Assembly (NCBI GenBank): GCA_964016885.1
Contig: OZ024743.1
Coordinates: 137,578,001 to 137,642,000, forward strand
DNA: 64,000 bases
Source: Eledone cirrhosa
Taxonomy: Eukaryota
Direction: 5' to 3'
The notes under the pieces were generated by a model. That model saw nothing but the letters and a program-made list of their open reading frames with translations. It was not told the DNA's origin and made no database searches. Below, in pieces: positions 1 through 10,100 of the stretch. Position numbers and translations under genes: made by a program. Each line of letters opens with the position of its first letter. The stretch's first letter is position 1.

Positions 1-3000
1 GGTGCTGGGTGGTTGGTATTTGGTGCTTGGTGCTTGGTGTTTGGTGCTTGGTGCTTGGTGCTTGGTGTTTGGTGCTTGGTGCTTGGTGCTTGGTCTTTGG
101 TGCTTGGTGTTTGGTGTTTGGTGCTTGGTGCTTTGTGTTTGGTGCTTGGTGATTAGTGTTTGGTGCTTGGTACTTGGTGTTTGGTGCTTGGTGTTTGGTG
201 TTTGCTGTTTGGTGTTTGGTGTTTGGTGTTTGCTGTTTGGTGTCTGCTTTTTGGTGTTTGGTGTTTGCTGTATGGTGTTTGCTGTTTCGTGTTTGGTGTT
301 TGCTGTTTGGTGTTTGGTGTTTGCTGTTTGGTGTTTGGTCTTTGGTGCTTGGTGTTTGGTGCTTGGTTCTTGGTGTTTGGTGTTTGGTGCTTGGTGTCTG
401 GTGTTTGGTGCTTGGTGTTTGGTGTTTGGTGTTTGGTGTTTGGTGCTTGTTGCTTGGTGCTTGGTGCTTGGTGTTTGGTGCTTGGTGCTTGGTGTTTGGT
501 GCTGGGTGCTTGGTGTTTGGTGCTTGGTGCTTGGTGTTTGGTGTTTGGTGCTTGGTGCTTGGTGTTTGGTGTTTGGTGTTATATGCTTGGTGTTTGGTGC
601 TTGGTGCTTGGTGTTTGGTGTTTGGTTCTTGATGCTTGGTATTTGGTGCTTGGTGCTTGCTGCTTGGTGTTTGGTGCTTGGTGATTGATGCTTGGTGTTT
701 GGTGCTTGGTGCTTGGTGTTTGGTTTTTGGTGCTAGGTGCTTGGTGCTTGGTGTTTGGTGCTTGGTGTTTGGTGTTTGGTGCTTGGTGCTTGGTGTTTGG
801 TACTTGGTGCTTGGTGCTTGGTGTTTGGTGCTTGGTGCTTGGTGTTTGGTGTTTGGTGTTTGGTGCTTGGTGCTTGGTGTTTGGTGCTTGGTGCTTGGTG
901 CTGGGTGGTTGGTGTTTGGTGCTTGGTGCTTGGTGTTTCGTGCTAGGTGCATGGTGCTTGGTGTTTGGTGCTTGGTGCTTGGTGCTTGGTCTTTGGTGTT
1001 TGGTGTTTAGTGCTTGGTGCTTGGTGCTTGGTGCTTGGTGCTTGGTCCTTGGTGTTTGGTGCTTGGTGCTGGGTTCTGGGTGGTTGGTGTTTGGTGCTTG
1101 GTGTTTGGTGCTGGGTGCTTGGTGTTTGGTGCTTGGTGCTTGGTCTTTGGTGTTTGGTGTTTGGTGTTTGGGGCTTGGTGCTTGGTGCTTGGTGTTTGGT
1201 GCTTGGTGCTTGGTGTTTGGTGCTTGGTGCTTAGTGTTTGGTGCTAGGTGCTTGGGGTTTGGTGTTTGGTGCTTGGTGCTTGGTGTTTGGTGTTTGGTGC
1301 TTGGTGCTTGGTGTTTGGTGTTTTCTGTTTGCTGTTTGGTGTTTGGTGTTTGGTGTTTGCTGTTTGGTGTCTGCTTTTTGGTGTTTGGTGTTTGCTGTAT
1401 GTTATTTGCTGTTTGGTGTTTGGTGTTTGGTGTTTGGTGCTTGGTGCTTGGTGTTTGGTGCCTGGTGCTTGGGGCTTGGTGTTTGGTGTTTGGTGCTTGG
1501 TGCTTGGAGTTTGGTGTTTGGTGCTTGGTGCTTGGTGTTTTGTGTTTGGTGTTTGGTTTTTGGTGCTTGGTGCTTGGTGCTTGGTGCTTGGTCCTTGGTG
1601 TTTGGTGCTTGGTGCTTGGTGTTTGTACTTGGTGCTTGGTGCTTGGTGTTTGGTTCTTGGTTCCTGGTGTTTGGTACTTGGTGCTTGGTGCTTGGTGTTT
1701 GGTGCTTGGTGCTTGGTGTTTGGTGTTTGGTGTTTGGTGCTTGGTGCTTGGTGTTTGGTGCTTGGTGCTTGGTGCTGGGTGGTTGGTATTTGGTGCTTGG
1801 TGCTTGGTGTTTGGTGCTTGGTGCTTGGTGCTTGGTGTTTGGTGCTTGGTGCTTGGTGCTTGGTCTTTGGTGCCTGGTGTTTGGTGTTTGGTGCTTGGTG
1901 CTTTGTGTTTGGTGCTTGGTGATTAGTGTTTGGTGCTTGGTACTTGGTGTTTGGTGCTTGGTGTTTGGTGTCTGCTGTTTGGTGTTTGGTGTTTGGTGTT
2001 TGCTGTATGGTGTTTGCTGTTTCGTGTTTGGTGTTTGCTGTTTGGTGTTTGGTGTTTGCTGTTTGGTGTTTGGTCTTTGGTGCTTGGTGATTGGTGCTTG
2101 GTGCTTGGTGTTTGGTGTTTGGTGCTTGGTGTTTGGTGTTTGGTGCTTCGTGCTTGGTGCTTGGTGTTTGGTGCTTGGTGTCTGGTGCTTGGTGTCTGGT
2201 GCTTGGTGTTTGGTGTTTGGTGTTTGGTGCTTGGTGTTTGGTGTTTGGTGCTTGTTGCTTGGTGCTTGGTGCTTGGTGTTTGGTGCTTGGTGCTTGGTGT
2301 TTGGTACTGGGTGCTTGGTGTTTGGTGTTTGGTGCTTGGTGCTTGGTGTTTGGTGTTTGGTGTTATATGCTTGGTGTTTGGTGCTTGGTGCTTGGTGTTT
2401 GGTGTTTGGTTCTTGATGCTTGGTATTTGGTGCTTGGTGCTTGCTGCTTGGTGTTTGGTGCTTGGTGATTGATGCTTGGTGTTTGGTGCTTGGTGCTTGG
2501 TGTTTGGTGCTTGGTGTTTGGTGTTTGGTGCTTGGTGCTTGGTGTTTGGTACTTGGTGCTTGGTGCTTGGTGTTTGGTGCTTGGTGCTTGGTGTTTGGTG
2601 TTTGGTGTTTGGTGCTTGGTGCTTGGTGTTTGGTGCTTGGTGCTGGGTGGTTGGTGTTTGGTGCTTGGTGCTTGGTGTTCCGTGCTAGGTGCATGGTGCT
2701 TGGTGTTTGGTGCTTGGTGCTTGGTGCTTGGTCTTTGGTGTTTGGTGTTTAGTGCTTGGTGCTTGGTGCTTGGTGCTTGGTGCTTGGTGCTTGGTCCTTG
2801 GTGTTTGGTGCTTGGTGCTTGGTGTTTGGTGTTTGGTGCTTGGTGCTTGGTGCTTCGTGTTTGGTGTTTGGTGCTTGGTGTCTGGAGCTTGGTGTTTGGT
2901 GTTTGGTGCTTGGTGTTTGGTGTTTGGTGCTTGGTGCTTGGTGTTTGGTGCTTGGTGCTTGGTGTTTGTACTTGGTGCTTGGTGCTTGGTGTTTGGTGCT

Positions 3001-3129
3001 TGGTTCTTGGTGTTTGGTGCTTGGTGTTTGGAGCTTGGTGCTTGGTGTTTGGTGCTTGGTGCTTGGTGTTTGGTGTTTGGTGCTTGGAGCTTGGTGTTTG
3101 GTGTTTGGTGCTTGGTGTTTGGTTTTTGG

Positions 3130-3620
3130 TGTTTGGTGCTTGGTGTTTGGTGCTTGGTGCTTGGTGTTTGGTGTTTGGTGTTTGATGCTTGGTGTTTTAT
3201 GCTTGGTGCTTGGTGTTTGGTGCTTGGTGTTTGTATTTGGTGCTTGGTGCTTGGTGTTTTGAGCTTGGTTCTTGGTGTTTGGTGTTTGGTGCTTGGTACT
3301 TGGTGCTTGGTGTTTGGTGCTTGGTGCTTGGTGTTTGGTGTTTGGTGCCTGGTGCTTGGTGTTTGGTGTTTGGTGCTTGGTGTTTGTTGCTTGGTACTTG
3401 GTGCATGGTGTTTGGTGCTGGGTGCTTGGTGTTTGGTGCTTGGTGTTTGGTGCTTGGTGCTTGGTGTTTGGTGTTTGGTGTTTGATGCTTGGTGTTTTAT
3501 GCTTGGTGCTTGGTGTTTGGTGCTTGGTGTTTGTACTTGGTGCTTGGTGCTTGGTGTTTTGTGCTTGGTTCTTGGGGTTTGGTGTTTGGTGCTTGGTACT
3601 TGGTGCTTGGTGCTTGGTGT
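3130..3620 (+). repeat. Local 300-bp duplication inside the 6,943-bp unit (repeated at +6,943)
   Basis: Lines 3181 and 3481 are nearly identical (TTGATGC…TTTATGC…TTGTA[T/C]). ORFs 3189 and 3489 are offset by 300 = 42x7+6. Confidence 0.8.
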
Positions 3621-6600
3621 TTGGAGCTTGGTGCTTGGTGTTTGGTGCTTGGTGCTTGGTGTTTGGTGTTTGGTCCTTGGTGCTTGGTGCTTGGTGTTTA
3701 GTGCTTGGTGCTTGGTGTTTGTTGTTAGGTGCTTTCTGTTTGCTGCTTGGTGTTTGCTGCTTGGTGCTTGGTGCTTGGTGTTTGGTGTTTGGTGCTAGGT
3801 GCTTGGTGTTTGGTGTTTGGTGTTTGATGCTTGGTGTTTGGTGCTTGGTGTTTGGTGCTTGGTGCTTGGGGCTTGGTGTTTGGTGCTTGGTGCTTGGTGC
3901 TTGGTGTTTGGTGCTTGGTGCTTGGTGTTTGGTGTTTGGTGTTTGGTGCTTGGTGCTTGGTGTTTGGTGCTTGGTGCTTGGTGCTGGGTGGTTGGTATTT
4001 GGTGCTTGGTGCTTGGTGTTTGGTGCTTGGTGCTTGGTGCTTGGTGTTTGGTGCTTGGTGCTTGGTGCTTGGTCTTTGGTGCTTGGTGTTTGGTGTTTGG
4101 TGCTTGGTGCTTTGTGTTTGGTGCTTGGTGATTAGTGTTTGGTGCTTGGTACTTGGTGTTTGGTGCTTGGTGTTTGGTGTTTGCTGTTTGGTGTTTGGTG
4201 TTTGGTGTTTGCTGTTTGGTGTCTGCTTTTTGGTGTTTGGTGTTTGCTGTATGGTGTTTGCTGTTTCGTGTTTGGTGTTTGCTGTTTGGTGTTTGGTGTT
4301 TGCTGTTTGGTGTTTGGTCTTTGGTGCTTGGTGTTTGGTGCTTGGTGCTTGGTGTTTGGTGTTTGGTGCTTGGTGTTTGGTGTTTGGTGCTTGGTGCTTG
4401 GTGCTTGGTGTTTGGTGCTTGGTGTCTGGTGCTTGGTGTCTGGTGCTTGGTGTTTGTACTTGGTGCTTGGTGCTTGGTGTTTTGTGCTTGGTTCTTGGTG
4501 TTTGGTGTTTGGTGCTTGGTACTTGGTGCTTGGTGTTAGGTGTTTGGTGCTTGGTGCTTGGTGTTTGGTGTTTGGTCCTTGGTGCTTGGTGCTTGGTGTT
4601 TAGTGCTTGGTGCTTGGTGTTTGTTGTTTGGTGCTTTCTGTTTGCTGCTTGGTGTTTGCTGCTTGGTGCTTGGTGCTTGGTGTTTGGTGTTTGGTGCTAG
4701 GTGCTTGGTGTTTGGTGTTTGGTGTTTGATGCTTGGTGTTTGGTGCTTGGTGTTTGGTGCTTGGTGCTTGGGGCTTGGTGTTTGGTGCTTGGTGCTTGGT
4801 GCTTGGTGTTTTGTGCTTGGTGCTTGGTGTTTGGTGTTTGGTGTTTGGTGCTTGGTGCTTGGTGTTTGGTGCTTGGTGCTTGGTGCTGGGTGGTTGGTAT
4901 TTGGTGATTGGTGCTTGGTGCTTGGTGTTTGGTGCTTGGTGCTTGGTGCTTGGTCTTTGGTGCTTGGTGTTTGGTGTTTGGTGCTTGGTGCTTTGTGTTT
5001 GGTGCTTGGTGATTAGTGTTTGGTGCTTGGTACTTGGTGTTTGGTGCTTGGTGTTTGGTGTTTGCTGTTTGGTGTTTGGTGTTTGGTGTTTGCTGTTTGG
5101 TGTCTGCTTTTTGGTGTTTGGTGTTTGCTGTATGGTGTTTGCTGTTTCGTGTTTGGTGTTTGCTGTTTGGTGTTTGGTGTTTGCTGTTTGGTGTTTGGTC
5201 TTTGGTGTTTGGTGTTTGGTGCTTGGTGCTTGGTGTTTGGTGTTTGGTGCTTGGTGCTTGGTGCTTGGTGTTTGGTGCTTGGTGTCTGGTGCTTGGTGTC
5301 TGGTGCTTGGTGTTTGGTGTTTGGTGTTTGGTGCTTGGTGTTTGGTGTTTGGTGTTTGGTGTTTGGTGCTTGTTGCTTGGTGCTTGGTGCTTGGTGTTTG
5401 GTGCTTGGTGCTTGGTGTTTGGTGCTGGGTGCTTGGTGTTTGGTGCTTGGTGCTTGGTGCTTGGTGTTTGGTGTTTGGTGTTATATGCTTGGTGTTTGAT
5501 GCTTGGTGCTTGGTGCTTGGTGTTTGGTGTTTGGTGCTTGGTGTTTTATGCTTGGTGTTTGGTGCTTGGTGTTTGGTGCTTGGTGCTTGGGGCTTGGTGT
5601 TTGGTGCTTGGTGCTTGGTGCTTGGTGTTTGGTGCTTGGTGCTTGGTGTTTGGTGTTTGGTGTTTGGTGCTTGGTGCTTGGTGCTGGGTGGTTGGTATTT
5701 GGTGCTTGGTGCTTGGTGTTTGGTGCTTGGTGCTTGGTGCTTGGTGTTTGGTGCTTGGTGCTTGGTGCTTGGTCTTTGGTGCTTGGTGTTTGGTGTTTGG
5801 TGCTTGGTGCTTTGTGTTTGGTGCTTGGTGATTAGTGTTTGGTGCTTGGTACTTGGTGTTTGGTGCTTGGTGTTTGGTGTTTGCTGTTTGGTGTTTGGTG
5901 TTTGGTGTTTGCTGTTTGGTGTCTGCTTTTTGGTGTTTGGTGTTTGCTGTATGGTGTTTGCTGTTTCGTGTTTGGTGTTTGCTGTTTGGTGTTTGGTGTT
6001 TGCTGTTTGGTGTTTGGTCTTTGGTGCTTGGTGTTTGGTGCTTGGTGCTTGGTGTTTGGTGTTTGGTGCTTGGTGTTTGGTGTTTGGTGCTTGGTGCTTG
6101 GTGCTTGGTGTTTGGTGCTTGGTGTCTGGTGCTTGGTGTCTGGTGCTTGGTGTTTGGTGTTTGGTGCTTGGTGTTTGGTGTTTGGTGTTTGGTGTTTGGT
6201 GCTTGTTGCTTGGTGCTTGGTGCTTGGTGTTTGGTGCTTGGTGCTTGGTGTTTGGTGCTGGGTGCTTGGTGTTTGGTGCTTGGTGCTTGGTGTTTGGTGT
6301 TTGGTGCTTGGTGCTTGGTGTTTGGTGTTTGGTGTTATATGCTTGGTGTTTGGTGCTTGGTGCTTGGTGTTTGGTGTTTGGTTCTTGATGCTTGGTATTT
6401 GGTGCTTGGTGCTTGCTGCTTGGTGTTTTGTGCTTGGTGATTGATGCTTGGTGTTTGGTGCTTGGTGCTTGGTGTTTGGTTTTTGGTGCTAGGTGCTTGG
6501 TGCTTGGTGTTTGGTGCTTGGTGTTTGGTGTTTGGTGCTTGGTGCTTGGTGTTTGGTACTTGGTGCTTGGTGCTTGGTGTTTGGTGCTTGGTGCTTGGTG

Positions 6601-6879
6601 TTTGGTGCTTGGTGCTTGGTGCTGGGTGGTTGGTGTTTGGTGCTTGGTGCTTGGTGTTTCGTGCTAGGTGCATGGTGCTTGGTGTTTGGTGCTTGGTGCT
6701 TGGTGCTTGGTCTTTGGTGTTTGGTGTTTAGTGCTTGGTGCTTGGTGCTTGGTGCTTGGTGCTTGGTCCTTGGTGTTTGGTGCTTGGTGCTTGGTGTTTG
6801 GTGTTTGGTGCTTGGTGCTTGGTGCTTCGTGTTTGGTGTTTGGTGCTTGGTGTCTGGAGATTGGTGTTTGGTGTTTGGT

Positions 6880-7140
6880 GCTTGGTGTTTGGTGTTTGGT
6901 GCTTGGTGCTTGGTGTTTGGTGCTTGGTGCTTGGTGTTTGTACTTGGTGCTTGGTGCTTGGTGTTTGGTGCTTGGTTCTTGGTGTTTGGTGCTTGGTGTT
7001 TGGAGCTTGGTGCTTGGTGTTTGGTGCTTGGTGCTTGGTGTTTGTACTTGGTGCTTGGTGCTTGGTGTTTGGTGCTTGGTTCTTGGTGTTTGGTGCTTGG
7101 TGTTTGGAGCTTGGTGCTTGGTGTTTGGTGCTTGGTGCTT
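6880..7140 (+). repeat. Local 104-bp duplication (TTGTAC…TTGGTTC…TTGGAGC), repeated at +6,943
   Basis: The hexamer TTGTAC at 6938 and 7042 is followed by the same variant order each time. 104 = 14x7+6. Confidence 0.8.
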
Positions 7141-10100
7141 GGTGTTTGGTGTTTGGTGCTTGGTGCTTGGTGTTTGGTGTTTGGTGCTTGGTGTTTGGTG
7201 TTTGGTGCTTGGTGCTTGGTGTTTGTTGCTTGGTACTTGGTGCATGGTGCTTGGTGTTTGGTCCTTGGTGTTTGGTGCTTGGTGCTTGGTGCTTGGTGTT
7301 TGGTGTTTGGTGCTTGGTGCTTGGTGTTTGGTGTTTGGTGTTATATGCTTGGTGTTTGGTGCTTGGTGCTTGGTGTTTGGTGTTTGGTTCTTGATGCTTG
7401 GTATTTGGTGCTTGGTGCTTGCTGCTTGGTGTTTGGTGCTTGGTGATTGATGCTTGGTGTTTGGTGCTTGGTGCTTGGTGTTTGGTTTTTGGTGCTAGGT
7501 GCTTGGTGCTTGGTGTTTGGTGTTTGGTGCTTGGTGCTTGGTGTTTGGTACTTGGTGCTTGGTGCTTGGTGTTTGGTGCTTGGTGCTTGGTGTTTGGTGT
7601 TTGGTGTTTGGTGCTTGGTGCTTGGTGTTTGGTGCTTGGTGCTGGGTGGTTGGTGTTTGGTGCTTGGTGCTTGGTGTTTTGTGCTAGGTGCATGGTGCCT
7701 GGTGTTTGGTGCTTGGTGCTTGGTGCTTGGTCTTTGGTGTTTGGTGTTTAGTGCTTGGTGCTTGGTGCTTGGTGCTTGGTGCTTCGTGCTTGGTCCTTGG
7801 TGTTTGGTGCTTGGTGCTTGGTGTTTGGTGTTTGGTGCTTGGTGCTTGGTGCTTCGTGTTTGGTGTTTGGTGCTTGGTGTCTGGAGCTTGGTGTTTGGTG
7901 TTTGGTGCTTGGTGCTTGGTGTTTGGTGCTTGGTGCTTGGTGCTTGGTGTTTGGTGCTTGGTGCTTGGTGCTTGGTCTTTGGTGCTTGGTGTTTGGTGTT
8001 TGGTGCCTGGTGCTTTGTGTTTGGTGCTTGGTGATTAGTGTTTGGTGCTTGGTACTTGGTGTTTGGTGCTTGGTGTTTGGTGTTTGCTGTTTGGTGTTTG
8101 GTGTTTGCTGTTTGCTGTTTGGTGTCTGCTTTTTGGTGTTTGGTGTTTGCTGTATGGTGTTTGCTGTTTCGTGTTTGGTGTTTGCTGTTTGGTGTTTGGT
8201 GTTTGCTGTTTGGTGTTTGGTCTTTGGTGCTTGGTGTTTGGTGCTTGGTGCTTGGTGTTTGGTGTTTGGTGCTTGGTGCTTGGTGCTTGGTGTTTGGTGC
8301 TTGGTGTCTGGTCCTTGGTGTCTGGTGCTTGGTGTTTGGTGTTTGGTGTTTGGTGCTTGGTGTTTGGTGTTTGGTGTTTGGTGTTTGGTGCTTGTTGCTT
8401 GGTGCTTGGTGCTTGGTGTTTGGTGCTTGGTGCTTGGTGTTTGGTGCTGGGTGCTTGGTGTTTGGTGCTTGGTGCTCGGTGCTTGGTGTTTGGTGTTTGG
8501 TGCTTGGTGCTTGGTGTTTGGTGTTTGGTGTTATATGCTTGGTGTTTGATGCTTGGTGCTTGGTGCTTGGTGTTTGGTGTTTGGTGCTTGGTGTTTTATG
8601 CTTGGTGTTTGATGTTTGGTGCTTGGTGCTTGGTGTTTGGTGCTTGGTGCTTGGTGTTTCTACTTGGTGCTTGGTGCTTGGTGTTTGGTTCTAGGTTCTT
8701 GGTGTTTGGTACTTGGTGCTTGGTGCTTGGTGCTTGGTGTTTGGTGCTTGGTGCTTGGAGTTTGGTGTTTGGTGCTTGGTGCTTGGTGTTTTGTGTTTGG
8801 TGTTTGGTTTTTGGTGCTTGGTGCTTGGTGCTTGGTGCTTGGTCCTTGGTGTTTGGTGCTCGGTGCTTGGTGTTTGTACTTGGTGCTTGGTGCTTGGTGT
8901 TTGGTTCTTGGTTCTTGGTGTTTGGTACTTGGTGCTTGGTGCTTGGTGTTTGGAGCTTGGTGCTTGGTGTTTGGTGTTTGGTGTTTGGTGCTTGGTGCTT
9001 GGTGCTTGGTCTTTGGTGCTTGGTGTTTGGTGTTTGGTGCTTGGTGCTTTGTGTTTGGTGCTTGGTGATTAGTGTTTGGTGCTTGGTACTTGGTGTTTGG
9101 TGCTTGGTGTTTGGTGTTTGCTGTTTGGTGTTTGGTGTTTGGTGTTTGCTGTTTGGTGTCTGCTTTTTGGTGTTTGGTGTTTGCTGTATGGTGTTTGCTG
9201 TTTCGTGTTTGGTGTTTGCTGTTTGGTGTTTGGTGTTTGCTGTTTGGTGTTTGGTCTTTGGTGCTTGGTGTTTGGTGCTTGGTGCTTGGTGTTTGGTGTT
9301 TGGTGCTTGGTGTTTGGTGTTTGGTGCTTGATGCTTGGTATTTGGTGTTTGGTTCTTGATGCTTGGTATTTGGTGCTTGGTGCTTGCTGCTTGGTGTTTG
9401 GTGCTTGGTGATTGATGCTTGGTGTTTGGTGCTTGGTGCTTGGTGTTTGGTGCTTGGTGTTTGGTGTTTGGTGCTTGGTGCTTGGTGTTTGGTACTTGGT
9501 GCTTGGTGCTTGGTGTTTGGTGCTTGGTGCTTGGTGTTTGGTGTTTGGTGTTTGGTGCTTGGTGCTTGGTGTTTGGTGCTTGGTGCTGGGTGGTTGGTGT
9601 TTGGTGCTTGGTGCTTGGTGTTCCGTGCTAGGTGCATGGTGCTTGGTGTTTGGTGCTTGGTGCTTGGTGCTTGGTCTTTGGTGTTTGGTGTTTAGTGCTT
9701 GGTGCTTGGTGCTTGGTGCTTGGTGCTTGGTGCTTGGTCCTTGGTGTTTGGTGCTTGGTGCTTGGTGTTTGGTGTTTGGTGCTTGGTGCTTGGTGCTTCG
9801 TGTTTGGTGTTTGGTGCTTGGTGTCTGGAGCTTGGTGTTTGGTGTTTGGTGCTTGGTGTTTGGTGTTTGGTGCTTGGTGCTTGGTGTTTGGTGCTTGGTG
9901 CTTGGTGTTTGTACTTGGTGCTTGGTGCTTGGTGTTTGGTGCTTGGTTCTTGGTGTTTGGTGCTTGGTGTTTGGAGCTTGGTGCTTGGTGTTTGGTGCTT
10001 GGTGCTTGGTGTTTGGTGTTTGGTGCTTGGAGCTTGGTGTTTGGTGTTTGGTGCTTGGTGTTTGGTTTTTGGTGTTTGGTGCTTGGTGTTTGGTGCTTGG

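Noticed and set aside
4-13. GCTGGGTGG resembling the E. coli Chi site GCTGGTGG
   Set aside because: It has an extra G and is explained by substitutions in two adjacent monomers.
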